IMG/VR virus record: IMGVR_UViG_3300036987_000183
Length of the DNA stretch: 64,000 nucleotides
Source of the DNA: an uncultured virus (IMG/VR IMGVR_UViG_3300036987_000183)
Lineage: Duplodnaviria; Heunggongvirae; Uroviricota; Caudoviricetes
Strand: one strand, 5' to 3'
The notes under the pieces were generated by a model. The model was not told the DNA's origin, did not search any database, and was given only the letters and a program-made list of their open reading frames with translations. The translations under genes were made by a program, and so were the position numbers. How positions within the stretch are numbered: the stretch's first letter is position 1; each line of letters begins with the position of its first letter. This document shows positions 48,922 to 60,573 of the stretch, in pieces.

Positions 48922-50595
48922 ATGAAACCAAAATACTCAGAATATGACAATTACAGATGGATCAATTGTAACCGATGGAGTACCGCTAAGGAGGTGGAGG
49001 CTTTAGTTGAATATCTGGTACAGGGGATTGCTTCAAGGAAGGGGCATGGCTACCGGATCAATATGACCGCCCTGGTGTTGGACCTCTACCAATCATATTT
49101 GTGCGACCCAGAACAGTATCTGGCCTATAGTCGGCGTGAAGTTAGTTATCTTAATGTCGGCAGTGACCACCCCTATATAAAGAATCACAACATCAAATAT
49201 CAGTACTTATTGAAGTGCGTCGATTACCTCTATGGTGATGGTTTGATTGAGAATCATGAAGGTGGCTATTTCCGCGATGATAAATCGAATAAGATTATCT
49301 CTTTTGCCAGTAGGATAAGACCGCTTAAAAGTCTTATGTCTGTGGTTGAGGAGTATGGGGTCACTCCTGAGATGATAGACGACTTTGCGCCACTGGATGT
49401 AATAATACTTAGGGGCAAAGAGGACGAAAAAACTGGTATAAAACCTGAGAAGAGGTACCCCAGGAACAAAGTTACGACCAGGATGGTGACGCTGATACGC
49501 CAGTACAACTCATTGCTTGAACGGTCTCAGATTGATGTTGACATTGAATGTCTAACGGATAAAGACCGTGATGAGCTGGTTAAGAAGCTGGCAGATATTG
49601 ACGGTCTTAAGCGCATTGTTCTGCGTTTGTCAAACAAATCAGTTTATCGGGTATTCAACAATGGCAGTATGGAACAAGGTGGCCGGTACTATAAGGCTTG
49701 GTGGATTAGTGCGCCTAGCACAATCAGAAAGTATATTACCATCCAGGGTGATCCTACTGTAGAGCTGGACTTCTCAGCCATGCACGTCCATTTGCTTTAT
49801 GCGGTCAAAGGTGTCAACTATGCTGATAAAAAGGAAGATGCCTATACCTTAGCTTCAGGAGCGCACACTCTTGCAAATCCAAAAGATGATCGGGCCTTAA
49901 ACAAGCTCATACTCTTGACAGCATTCAACGCTAAGTCGTCAGAGTCAGCAGCTTCAGCCGTTTATGATGATCTAAGGACAGAAGGCAAGCTATATCGGTA
50001 CAGCATTCAAAACCATGATCGTATCAATGCCAAGCTCTCACTGTTGAAACAAAAGCACCCTGTCATATCTGATATGATAGCTGATGACTACGGCCTAAAG
50101 CTCCAATACTATGATTCTAATGTGATCGAGAGGGTGATTGATCATTTTACCGCTATAGGAATCCCGGTGCTAACCGTTCATGATTCAGTTATATGTCAGG
50201 CTCAACATGAAGAGCTAGTTAGAAATGTGATGGTCCGATACTTCTATCAGGTAGTCGAAAATCTCTTAGCTCTCAGCATTAGACCAACACCTTTGTACTC
50301 AAGAGCAGGATTCATCCTAAGTCATCTAAATAGCATCAGGTCATATAGGACCGGAAGCATAAGGCTTCCGTTAGCGTCTAAGCTCAATATTGTGAATCCT
50401 TCAAGATATCATGGACGTATAACTGATACTATAGCTAACAGTTTGATCGTTAAGAGTACAGGTAGAGCCAATATTTGCTCTAAGAAGTGTAGTCATCATG
50501 CTAGACAAGAGCATAAACTAAAGTATATACCGAGCATAAAACTAGAGCTACAGGAGCTAACAGAAGCAGGAATCAGCATACTAAGGATTAAATGA
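48922..50595 (+). CDS. Family-A DNA polymerase/T7-RNAP-fold polymerase-like protein
   Basis: GGRYY, motif A ELDFSAMH, motif B-like RALNKLILLTAFN, LQYYDS, motif C LTVHDS. Confidence 0.55.
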   Translation: MKPKYSEYDNYRWINCNRWSTAKEVEALVEYLVQGIASRKGHGYRINMTALVLDLYQSYLCDPEQYLAYSRREVSYLNVGSDHPYIKNHNIKYQYLLKCVDYLYGDGLIENHEGGYFRDDKSNKIISFASRIRPLKSLMSVVEEYGVTPEMIDDFAPLDVIILRGKEDEKTGIKPEKRYPRNKVTTRMVTLIRQYNSLLERSQIDVDIECLTDKDRDELVKKLADIDGLKRIVLRLSNKSVYRVFNNGSMEQGGRYYKAWWISAPSTIRKYITIQGDPTVELDFSAMHVHLLYAVKGVNYADKKEDAYTLASGAHTLANPKDDRALNKLILLTAFNAKSSESAASAVYDDLRTEGKLYRYSIQNHDRINAKLSLLKQKHPVISDMIADDYGLKLQYYDSNVIERVIDHFTAIGIPVLTVHDSVICQAQHEELVRNVMVRYFYQVVENLLALSIRPTPLYSRAGFILSHLNSIRSYRTGSIRLPLASKLNIVNPSRYHGRITDTIANSLIVKSTGRANICSKKCSHHARQEHKLKYIPSIKLELQELTEAGISILRIK

Positions 50596-51366
50596 GCTCT
50601 AGAGGAGTAAGGCAGGCCTTACTCTGAACTATAGAGCTATATATACGATGATAATACAAGAGAGCAATCTACTGGATAATATAGAACTAGACACTAAGTC
50701 ACCCCCCCCTCTCTCTATAACTAGCGGAGATTCGCGCTAAACCACCGAATTTAAACGGAAAGCGACTAAACTCTGTTTTGGTTCGAGAGTCGCCGCCGGT
50801 TCGCGCCGGGCCGGTTCATCCCGCGCAAGAATAGAACCTGCTAGCCGGTGTTTACTTGAAGGTGGTAGTTCTAGTAGGTCGAGCAGTAAAGTCTGACTGT
50901 AAGCCTGATCTGAGCGCCTGACTAACGGAATTAAGGGTGAAAAGGTCCTGTCATTTCAAAAAAGACTTAACCTCTATATACTAAGTCTGAGCTAGATTTA
51001 AATTGAACGTCTAGTGTCACCACTCTCACCGAAATAATAGCAATCCATTCCGACCTATCCCCGACCCCGCTTTGATTCCGAGACCATCCCTACTTAGACC
51101 AGGAGCAACCATGTCATTGCGGCAATCATGGATCGTGAAGAGTTTTTTGAAAAGACTTGGTTGGAAGGTAATGCGGTAATGCTCAGTTTTCTTCCTGTAA
51201 ATAGCATTTCATGACCAGTTGCTAGATAAACCATTGTATATTATGGTGTTAGATGATTTCAGCCCAGGACCTGGGGGGAAGTGCACTTGCCACCAAAGAA
51301 AGTAACTCTACCATATGGTAAATAACATCTAATCATTTCTGTCAACAGTCAAAAACCTGCTAGATA

Positions 51367-51711
51367 TCATTTCACTCGCTTATTCACATTCCCTACCAGC
51401 TTCAAGATGCATCCCCGAAGCTCACCATTCTTGATTCTTCTATACGCCTGTAGTAGCTGATCCTCTTCACCTGTGAGTCTGACAGACTGGATAGGTGCCG
51501 TAGTAAAGAAATCTGATACCGATACCTTAAGAGCATTTGCTATCTGCTGGAACTTAAGGATATTAAGCGTAGTCTGACCATTCTCGTATTTCTGTATCTG
51601 CTGAAAAGTAACACCTACCATCTCAGCAAGCTTCTCTTGAGAAAGACCGGCTTGCTGCCTTAACAGCTTGATCTTCATACCCAAATCTATAGAGCTGACC
51701 ATATCACCCAT
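51367..51711 (-). CDS. XRE-family regulator
   Basis: LSQEKLAEMVGVTFQQIQKYENG. Confidence 0.88.
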   Translation of the reverse strand: MGDMVSSIDLGMKIKLLRQQAGLSQEKLAEMVGVTFQQIQKYENGQTTLNILKFQQIANALKVSVSDFFTTAPIQSVRLTGEEDQLLQAYRRIKNGELRGCILKLVGNVNKRVK

Positions 51712-52158
51712 AGCGCACCATCCTTGTCGGAAGATTACAACTATGAGTTGTGTAGCGCCATGGATTCACACTAGAAATGATATAACTTGAAAGTACAAAC
51801 TCTTGGTGGTATAAAAAGCAGGTTATAAATCCATCTTAATATAGTTGAATGGCAACTTTATGGGAAATTTGCTGACCTGCTAAACAGGGACCAGAAAGCC
51901 CACGTCGATAGCATGAAGCTATAGGTTTCGGCTTTTTCTATATGGGATGTCAGATAAAGTGTCATGGGCCTTAAGGGGTTAGTGTGCGCGACCTTATAAA
52001 CGGAATTGGTTGTTTAATTGCTTTCGTAGCTATTGTTATGGCTATTGCCAGTATACCCCTCTTAGGACCAATACCAGTTACTGTCGTATTTTTCATAGGC
52101 TGTGCGTTGTATAGATCTAGGTGATGTGTCCTAAAATCAATCAAATGTGGAGGAGAGC

Positions 52159-53034
52159 ATGGCTTTAATATTATGTGGCGAGTGTGGCAAAACCATATCT
52201 GACAAAGCACATTCATGTCCTGGATGTGGTTACCCATTGCAACCGTCAGATGCAAATCGAACCATGCAAATCGATTTAAAGACTTTTAGCAAGGAACAAT
52301 TATGGGCCAAAGCGTACAATATGCAGTACAAATACAAAGACAAAAAGGCTGATATCCCAACCGCTATTGAAATATATAATTATATCATTGAACATTTTAA
52401 TGGTAGTAAAGAATCTGATAATGCGAAAGTTCAGTTAAATATATTAACAACACAATCCCCAAGAACACAGACTGTGGCTAGTGATAGTGCACCTGAAATC
52501 AGCAAATCTATAGATATTCAAAAAAACAACCAAAGCCTCAAAGAATATTACAAAATACTCGGTCTTGAAGAAAGTGCAAGCATTGAAGAAGTAACGTCTG
52601 CATATAATGAATTATCAGACAAGTGGAATCCCATAAAATATGAAGTCCATGAACGGAGCATGTTATCCTTTGCCGAGCATGAGTTTAAGGAAATTCATGA
52701 TGCATATAATAGAATAAACCAACAGCTAACAGGAGACTATCAAGGAAGTAATATTGTAGAAGATGAAGTAGATAACAATGATAGTAAAAGCAGTAGCCCT
52801 ATATTTGCATTAGTGTCAGTAGTAACAGCAATATTTGCAATAATTATTTTGTATCAATTATTTTATGGAGGCCATGGCGGCCTAGGATCACAATATTATA
52901 AAGGGAATATTGATGCTTTTGTTAATGACAATGTCGAAAGGGTAAACTCGATCTCAACTGTTATTAAAATATTTGCAGTTCTTTTCGGAATGTGGTTTGT
53001 AATGTTAATTTCAAGAATTGTCTGTAAGAAATAA
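52159..53034 (+). CDS. Zinc-ribbon plus J-like domain membrane protein
   Basis: CGECG...CPGCG; YYKILGL...AY..L..KWNP (degenerate HPD); C-terminal TM helices. Confidence 0.7.
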   Translation: MALILCGECGKTISDKAHSCPGCGYPLQPSDANRTMQIDLKTFSKEQLWAKAYNMQYKYKDKKADIPTAIEIYNYIIEHFNGSKESDNAKVQLNILTTQSPRTQTVASDSAPEISKSIDIQKNNQSLKEYYKILGLEESASIEEVTSAYNELSDKWNPIKYEVHERSMLSFAEHEFKEIHDAYNRINQQLTGDYQGSNIVEDEVDNNDSKSSSPIFALVSVVTAIFAIIILYQLFYGGHGGLGSQYYKGNIDAFVNDNVERVNSISTVIKIFAVLFGMWFVMLISRIVCKK

Positions 53035-53303
53035 TGCTAATTGTTATATTAACATATTGATTGCTAGAACACTCGGATTAAACAACTGACAACTTTAAAG
53101 ATAATGGGGAGGGTATGGGTGCAGCGCTTGGAACGATATTCGGTAATTGGTTGTTTGGAAGAGCATCTATAGTTATCTGTGTTATTGCGCTTGTAATGGT
53201 CTTAGGAAATAAATGATGGTTATTGCTGTATTGATTTATATTGTCATTTGAAAAGTCTTAATAAGACAAACTTAGGTCATAGAATAAACTATTGGGGGTA
53301 CTC

Positions 53304-54107
53304 ATGCTTAAAACAGAAATCACTACGATTACTTTAATTGTTGCAATTCTTACCTGTTGTGGGTGCGATGGTTCTGGAGTATTTGGAAATAGTGTGAAAT
53401 CCACACTCGCCAAAGAAATGCCAAAATATGACCACGATATAGTTAAAATAAAAACTGTTGAACCAGTAGTAGGTTATGATGATTGTTATAAAATAAGCGC
53501 TGAAGTGACATCATCCGCTATGAGGATAGGTGGTGTACCAATGCAGGATTATGTTGTGAAACTCAAAGACAATAAAATTGAAAAAGGGACTTATATAACT
53601 GGTGGTCTACTTGAAACAACCTCAGAACTTGTATGCAAGGATAGCGACAAAAGTGTCATGCCTCAAGAGCCATCTTCAACTTCACACAAAGAGCTAAACT
53701 ATAGCATTAAGTTTCCTGATGGGTGGAAAGTTGAGAGACCGAATAGCGAAGTTGATTCCATAGTTGCATATAGTAAAGAACTAGAATCCATGTACACAGT
53801 GAGTAGATTGGGCAGATATAGTGACGCACAAGATATTTCTTTAGCCAGAGCACAGGCATTAGGAGACAATAGATTAGAAAATATGCGACATACATACCCA
53901 GATGCAAAATTGCGTAGTGCCGATGTTATTCGAAATTTAAACGGACGTGAGGCAATGATATTAACATATCAACTTAACACAAGATATAATGAAATAAATA
54001 TCTTAGTGCCTACTCGGGAGTATACATATCAAATAAGTTTTATAGGACCGATGAGTGTATTAAAAGCTACTTCCAATACAGTGCAAAGTTTTAAAATACT
54101 ACAATAA
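53304..54107 (+). CDS. Putative lipoprotein with PsbP-like C-terminus
   Basis: Lipobox-like CCGC; YSIKFPDGW...VQSFKI. Confidence 0.55.
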   Translation: MLKTEITTITLIVAILTCCGCDGSGVFGNSVKSTLAKEMPKYDHDIVKIKTVEPVVGYDDCYKISAEVTSSAMRIGGVPMQDYVVKLKDNKIEKGTYITGGLLETTSELVCKDSDKSVMPQEPSSTSHKELNYSIKFPDGWKVERPNSEVDSIVAYSKELESMYTVSRLGRYSDAQDISLARAQALGDNRLENMRHTYPDAKLRSADVIRNLNGREAMILTYQLNTRYNEINILVPTREYTYQISFIGPMSVLKATSNTVQSFKILQ

Positions 54108-54483
54108 CTAAGCAACATAGCCTGTATTTAGCCAGTTAAGGCAAGATATTTTAGTATATATCACATACATCATTCTAATAGCATTTATGCGTCTACTAAA
54201 AAGCCTATAACCTATCATATGATTCCTGTATGTTGTGCAAGGGAGGAACCATCATGATCATCCAAGAGCCAGACTCTCAATAGTCTGGCTTTATCAATTT
54301 GAAAGGAGGTGAATTAGTAGAACTGTAATAACCCTTCCCATCAATCTAATCCGTAACATCGATCTACCATCGACAATCCAAGCACCACAACCTAGCAGTA
54401 TATCCGTAAAGGGATATCTGCGTCTTGTAACCTACGTTACAAAAAACTGAAAAATATATGACCATCAAGGTCTTTATCTAAAG

Positions 54484-54508
54484 TGCAATATTGCTATCCA
54501 ATATTGCA
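54484..54508. promoter_or_regulatory. Palindromic operator-like site
   Basis: TGCAATATTG-CTATC-CAATATTGCA upstream of the response regulator. Confidence 0.45.
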
Positions 54509-54644
54509 AGGAGAAAACAAGCCCTACTTAAGCCTAGATGTCGAGCATGTTTTTGTCTTGACACAATTTAACATGGTAATTATCATTATTCATAATATAC
54601 TTGTTGACGATATCTGGTCAGAATACCTATGACGGAGTAACCGG

Positions 54645-55319
54645 ATGACAATTCTTGTGGTAGAAGACGATAAAAAAATAGCAAATTTTATAAAGCGTGG
54701 CCTTGAGGCAGAGGAATATAAGGTTGAAGTTGTTCATAATGGCGAGAAAGGTCTAGAATTAGCTCTGGAGCGGTCATATGGTCTAATTATACTCGATGTA
54801 ATGTTAACAAAAAAAGATGGCCTCACCCTGCTAAGGGAGCTAAGGGAAAAAAGGTACTTTACTCCTGTGTTGATTCTGTCGGGGAAGACTATGAAGGAAG
54901 ATAAAGTCGCAGGACTTGATGCTGGGGCAGATGATTATATGACTAAACCATTTGCCTTTTCTGAGCTAATAGCACGCGTCAAGGCTCTTCAGCGTAGGAC
55001 GGAACACGAAAGAGGTGCTAAAATACATTTCTCAGATCTCTGTCTCGATCCTGTTACTCATCAAGTATGGTATAAAGAAAAAGAGCTTGAGCTTGCCGCA
55101 AGGGAGTACGAACTTCTTGAATACTTCATGCGCAACCCAAACCAAGTTCTCACTTTGGATATGATCTCCGATCAAATTTGGAGAGGCGAGATTAGTAAAT
55201 ATACAAATATCATAGCAGTATACGCCAACTATCTTAGGAAGAAACTACGTAAAGTAGATTCAAAAGAGCTTATCCATACTGTGCGCAGTGTTGGTTATAT
55301 CATGAAAGAAGTTGCTTAA
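54645..55319 (+). CDS. OmpR-family response regulator (orphan)
   Basis: ILVVEDD, IILDVML, GADDYMTKPF, IHTVRSVGY. Confidence 0.92.
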   Translation: MTILVVEDDKKIANFIKRGLEAEEYKVEVVHNGEKGLELALERSYGLIILDVMLTKKDGLTLLRELREKRYFTPVLILSGKTMKEDKVAGLDAGADDYMTKPFAFSELIARVKALQRRTEHERGAKIHFSDLCLDPVTHQVWYKEKELELAAREYELLEYFMRNPNQVLTLDMISDQIWRGEISKYTNIIAVYANYLRKKLRKVDSKELIHTVRSVGYIMKEVA

Positions 55320-55371
55320 GGAAGTACGGGTTGAAGAGCTGGACCATATTTTAAATCGAGAGGACTCCAAA

Positions 55372-55860
55372 ATGGCAACATTAATTGAATTAGCAGCATC
55401 ACTAGTAGAGTCACATGCTTCCACTACTGCAATGACCACTGAAGAGCTCCTGAAGGAAATCGAACTGGTCTACAATGCCTTGAAGAACCTTGAGGCAGGG
55501 GTAGTGGCTCCTGTTGTTACAGAAGCGAACGTACCTACCATCACGGCTAAGCAATCAATTAAGCCAAATGAGGTAATATGCTTGATCTGCGGTAAGGGAG
55601 GTATGCAGACCCTTGCTCGTCACCTAAATACCGCCCACAATATGAAGCCAGGAGAATATAGGAAGCAGTTTGGTATTTCTTCCAAGCAACCTTTAGTTGC
55701 CAAGAAGTTCTCAGAGTCCAGAAGGAAAACTGCCCTGGAAAAAGATCTTGCTGGAAATCTCGCTAAGGCCAGAGAGGTAAGAATGGCAAATATAGCAGCT
55801 GCAAAAGTAGCTGGGGCAAAAAAGGCACCGCAATCTAAGAAGGCAGTTAAGAAGGATTAG
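55372..55860 (+). CDS. MucR/Ros-family regulator
   Basis: CLICGK...LARHLNTAH..PGEYRKQFG...PLVA. Confidence 0.88.
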   Translation: MATLIELAASLVESHASTTAMTTEELLKEIELVYNALKNLEAGVVAPVVTEANVPTITAKQSIKPNEVICLICGKGGMQTLARHLNTAHNMKPGEYRKQFGISSKQPLVAKKFSESRRKTALEKDLAGNLAKAREVRMANIAAAKVAGAKKAPQSKKAVKKD

Positions 55861-56039
55861 GCCTTAGAAAGGTATAAAAGCTAGTTCTCTTAATCTTGTC
55901 ATTTGGATGTGCAAGTGTTGGATTGGTAGCTCTTGACAAATATATTAGACTTGAGCAAAGACTATCTGACTATAACACGAAATTAAAGGAATCGACATAT
56001 GGTATTGGAACCGAGCCAAGTGCGACACAATCCCTACTG

Positions 56040-56456
56040 TTAAAATAGCAGAAATATAAAAAATGATGTGAGAACTACGACTAAAAGACTGAAAAGTGGA
56101 GCTATTATTCCACCGATAGGACATTTTATGAGAGGTTTACCTATTGATTTTCCTATAGGTATCAATAAGATAAAGCCTGTTAAAGGGAAATACCATTCAA
56201 GTTTCCAAAGGCTTGCAGCAAATATTGATATGACTGCAAGTATAGAAACTAAAGCCAAGATTTCGTATATCATTCCACCAATACCGCTAACAAATATAAG
56301 TGGTCTATATAAAATTATAGCTTCTGGATTTGGTTTTCCTAAATATTTAACAAATTTTCCATCTTCAAATCGGATAATACCATGTCCATAATCATAATTA
56401 ATGGAGGCAATGCCGTAACAAACGCAGCAGATAAAAAATATAACTTCAAGGGTCAT
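56040..56456 (-). CDS. Membrane hypothetical protein
   Basis: Multiple hydrophobic segments. Confidence 0.55.
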   Translation of the reverse strand: MTLEVIFFICCVCYGIASINYDYGHGIIRFEDGKFVKYLGKPNPEAIILYRPLIFVSGIGGMIYEILALVSILAVISIFAASLWKLEWYFPLTGFILLIPIGKSIGKPLIKCPIGGIIAPLFSLLVVVLTSFFIFLLF

Positions 56457-57934
56457 ATAGATACCTAATTCATGTGACGTTGATTGTAATTATTCCATTT
56501 CAACACTAATTGCTCCATTCGAAGGGAAGTCAGTACATTTGTCATTGTTCCGCATGCCTGCGAAAAGTTGCTCTACAGGGCGGGTATTGTTAACTACTGA
56601 ACATGCTACCCCGCAACCTCGATAATACTATTGGAATAAATAATTTCAAGAGTAAATATTTATAAAGGTTTTGAGATGCTATGCTTTCTGATGTAACCAG
56701 AGATGTACGGTGTTGAGTAGGTTTACCACGGGTAATTGTGGGGCCAAGGCTGCATCCTTTGAAATATTCATTACTTTCAAGACCCCAGCATATTTGTGAC
56801 CTATTCTGTCGCAACCATATTTTATCCTCCTCACCATGATATCCATATGCTGTTCACAACCTAAACCGGATTACCAGGAGCTTGCCCCAGAAGAAAGAAA
56901 GGTATTCTGTCGGCTAGTTTATCTTCTGCGAAAAAGAGGATATTCGATTAAGGATGCTCAGGATATGGCATATCGGAAGATTCTGGAGGATAGTATCTCG
57001 TTTGATTTAGGTAAGTAGCCTTGTATGGAAGCGCCGGCTTGCGGTCTGTTAAATTGTTTCTCATGGCGGAATAGGGCCAAATCTGATATGTATTGTCCGC
57101 GTTTAAGAATTCTTGAGGAGAGAAGCGGTGGGCGAATATCCAGTCGAAGTTCTGGAGGAAATCAACCGGCTCAAGGCACAACATCTTAAAGAACAAATAC
57201 AAAGGCATTTAAGGTCGAGTGACCGCTGAAAAGGAGCATTTTCTGATGATCAGTTTTATAGGGTTCGTACTTTTCATGATTTTTCTCTTCAAGTACACAA
57301 AGATAGACAGATTCTATCTTTGGGGCTTTGTTATCATGTCTTTACTTGGTATGATAGGTATTAACTTTGGAATGATAGGAGCTTTTGTTGCGTTATTGGC
57401 ATGTAAGGTAGTTAAAGATTTTCGCACTTTGGACAAAACAGGTTAGCCAGGCCAACCTGCAGGGTTCCAGTAAACTTTTGCGGATAGTATGGATGGAATG
57501 ATTTTTTTCGCTCTGCTTTAGATCTCACCAAGTTTCCTGGATCGCCGTTGGTACATTACCACCACGGACTCGCCCCGAATATTTGCGACAGCGGACTGTT
57601 CGCATATCATCTGCTTTTACTCTAAGGCCGGTTTTGCAGACAACTTGCTTGCTTTACCTCTAAAAGGGTCGGTGCATGTGACCACATATTAAGTACGCGA
57701 TAAAAACTATTCTACTAAAAGTCCTATACAGAATCCAGATTCTTAAAATGTAGACAGTAACCAGATTGAATATATAATACTCTTTTTGCATTATTCCCGT
57801 ACCCCACCCCCTCAATATCATGTGCCTACCAGGCACCCAGCAAGGATCTACTCGCCTGTATGACCATCAACATACCCAATATAGACACCGGCCATTAAGA
57901 AGCTGAAGCGGATAGACATATACGGAAGGTAAAC

Positions 57935-57961
57935 ATTAGAAAACTGGCAATTTCTAATAAA
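57935..57961 (+). repeat. 27-bp repeat copy 1 (copy 2 at 62337-62363)
   Basis: ATTAGAAAACTGGCAATTTC(T/G)AATAAA, one mismatch between copies. Confidence 0.85.
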
Positions 57962-58001
57962 TCTTGATAAGTAATAATATCATCGTCTTGCTGGAGCTTC
58001 C

Positions 58002-58979
58002 ATGACCTACGAGCAGCTTGTTGAGTTCCTTTCCTCAAAAATGAAGATGTCCCATATTTATCAGCCACTCCTTATCAGGAGCCTGGTAGATGCTGGTGGA
58101 TCTGCAACCATTCGCCAATTAGCTCAATTCTTCCTTTCCCAAGACGAAAGTCAACTTCTCTACTACGAAAAACGCATCAAGGAAATGCCTCTCAAGGTTC
58201 TTTCAAAACATGGAGTAGCATCAGCAGATGGAGAGTTAGTGCATCTGAATGTTAAGAAGTTATCCTTGGAGCAGAAAGCACATATCAGAGGTCTCTGCGA
58301 ACAAAAGCTCCAGGAGTTCGTCCAGAAAAGGGGTTTGGGTATTTGGGATTACAGGTTACTGGAAACAGATCCGATACCTGACAGTATACGATATCAGGTG
58401 CTTAAGGAGTCTGGTGGAAGGTGTGCTCTGTGTGGTATTACCAAGAAGGAATCACCAATCGACGTTGACCATATCATTCCCAGGAGCAGGGGCGGCACTC
58501 ACAACAAATCAAACCTTCAAGCCTTATGCATAAAGTGCAATAGAAGCAAAGGGAATAAAGATAAAACGGACTTCAGAAATGACCTTCCTGAGGGCAAGAT
58601 AGAAGATTGCATATTCTGCTCTGATGAGATCCTTGAAAGAAAAATAGCTGAAAATGGTCCTGTATTCGCCATAGAAGATAAATTTCCAGTTACCTCTAAC
58701 CACCTACTCGTAATCCCCAAAAGACATACTCCAGATTACTTCTCGATGACCTCCCTTGAACGTCAATGTGCCGAAGAACTCTTGAGATACCTTAAAAACC
58801 ATGTAGCAAGTCAAGATAAGGCTGTTACTGGCTTCAACATAGGTACGAATTGTGGCGAGGTTGCGGGCCAATCAGTTATGCATGCCCATGTCCACCTAAT
58901 ACCCAGGAGAGCTGGAGACATGGATAAACCCAAAGGTGGAGTCCGGCATGTAATTCCAAGCAAAGGTTACTACAAATGA
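58002..58979 (+). CDS. HNH endonuclease-HIT hydrolase fusion
   Basis: CALCG..VDHIIPRSRGG..NLQALCIKCN; CIFC...GQSVMHAHVHLIPR. Confidence 0.9.
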   Translation: MTYEQLVEFLSSKMKMSHIYQPLLIRSLVDAGGSATIRQLAQFFLSQDESQLLYYEKRIKEMPLKVLSKHGVASADGELVHLNVKKLSLEQKAHIRGLCEQKLQEFVQKRGLGIWDYRLLETDPIPDSIRYQVLKESGGRCALCGITKKESPIDVDHIIPRSRGGTHNKSNLQALCIKCNRSKGNKDKTDFRNDLPEGKIEDCIFCSDEILERKIAENGPVFAIEDKFPVTSNHLLVIPKRHTPDYFSMTSLERQCAEELLRYLKNHVASQDKAVTGFNIGTNCGEVAGQSVMHAHVHLIPRRAGDMDKPKGGVRHVIPSKGYYK

Positions 58980-59022
58980 GATAGAAAAGTGGATATGTTA
59001 ATAGTGAAAGGTGTGATCGACT

Positions 59023-59352
59023 ATGAAATTCAGGAAAGACCTTCCAGGTTATGTTCCACCTAAGCAGGTAGAATTGACTGTTAAGAGAAAAGACCAAAAG
59101 AAAGAAAAGTGGTCTGAGGTTGCTAATATCAACAGTAGTAATATCAGTTGCAATGTGAATATATCATTCAATGGCAGCAAAACCGTAATATCATATAAAG
59201 CATTACGTCAATATAATAGTGTTGATGATGATGGTGATTTTAAAAATACAATATATTCAGTAGAAATAATACTAGACAAGTACATTATGTCAGATGTTAT
59301 AGAACATGCTGTTAATTCTGGAATGTATACTGTCAAGTTAGCACCAAAATAA
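59023..59352 (+). CDS. Hypothetical protein
   Basis: ORF with RBS inside the defence-like cluster. Confidence 0.5.
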   Translation: MKFRKDLPGYVPPKQVELTVKRKDQKKEKWSEVANINSSNISCNVNISFNGSKTVISYKALRQYNSVDDDGDFKNTIYSVEIILDKYIMSDVIEHAVNSGMYTVKLAPK

Positions 59353-59443
59353 GCAAATATAATATAATATAATATTATAGTACAAGTAGGTGCTGAAAAT
59401 TTACTAATAAGTACTGTTATTGTGGCCATATTTGGAGGTGTAG

Positions 59444-60352
59444 ATGGCAGTTCCAGATTTCCAATCATTCTTCAAGCCCATACTTGATGTGGCAGCTGAT
59501 AATGGAGAGCATTCTGTAAAAGATGCAAGAACTATTATCAAATCTGTAATGGATCTGTCTGAAGAAGACCTCCGTGATATGCTCCCTAGTGGTACGCAGT
59601 CAAAGTTTGATAACAGGATCGCGTGGGCAATTAGCTATCTCGTTCAAGCGAACGTGTTGGAAAGACCCAAAAGAGCGTTTTTCAAGATTACAGATCGTGG
59701 TCGAGAGTTGCATAATAAAAAACACGCAAGAATTGATGTCGCTATCCTCAAAGCCTATCCTGAGTTCCTAGAGTTCCATACTTCTAAAGTAACCACACCC
59801 GTCACTCCCATAGAAATTGATACATCAGTAAGTGCCACTCCCGATGAAATCCTTCAACAGGCTTATCAAAGCATGCGGAATGATCTAGCCAGCGAGATAC
59901 TTGAGAAGATAAAGATCAACTCTCCAGGGTACTTTGAAATGTTGGTTGTTGATCTGTTGGTAGCTATGGGTTATGGAGGGTCAAGAACGGATGCAGGACA
60001 GTCACTTGGGCGGAGTGGTGATGAAGGTATAGATGGTATCATCAAAGAAGATCGTCTGGGGCTTGATGTGATTTACTTGCAGGCCAAAAGATGGGCTAGC
60101 ACAGTAGGTCGTCCTGAGATCCAGAGATTTGTAGGAGCGTTACATGGCAAGCGAGCAAAAAAAGGCGTATTCATTACTACAGGCAAGTTTTCAAATGATG
60201 CCTTGGATTATGTAGCGACCATTGATCCTAAAGTTGTCCTGATAGACGGTAGGACCTTGGTGGAATATATGATTGATTTCAACCTGGGAGTCTCTATAGC
60301 AACAACATATGAAATTAAACGCCTAGATTCAGATTATTTCTCAGAGGAGTAG
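59444..60352 (+). CDS. mrr: Mrr-family type IV restriction endonuclease
   Basis: MAVPDFQ, NRIAWA, DEGIDG, YLQAKRW, GVFITT, LIDG. Confidence 0.92.
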   Translation: MAVPDFQSFFKPILDVAADNGEHSVKDARTIIKSVMDLSEEDLRDMLPSGTQSKFDNRIAWAISYLVQANVLERPKRAFFKITDRGRELHNKKHARIDVAILKAYPEFLEFHTSKVTTPVTPIEIDTSVSATPDEILQQAYQSMRNDLASEILEKIKINSPGYFEMLVVDLLVAMGYGGSRTDAGQSLGRSGDEGIDGIIKEDRLGLDVIYLQAKRWASTVGRPEIQRFVGALHGKRAKKGVFITTGKFSNDALDYVATIDPKVVLIDGRTLVEYMIDFNLGVSIATTYEIKRLDSDYFSEE

Positions 60353-60573
60353 TATATTGTTTTAAAGAGGGCCATGATGTTTTGGAAAAGCCCAAGGACT
60401 ACAGTTTCATATTTTGGCTAAGGAGCGGCCAACAACCACCTTTATAGATAATAAATGTTGAGAAGTGATCGTACTTTAGCCGCAGTTCTGCTTACACATG
60501 AATCAGTTTAAATGCCTACGATTGGATACATATAGCGATACAGATCGAAATATTGATATTTTTGGAGGGATAG

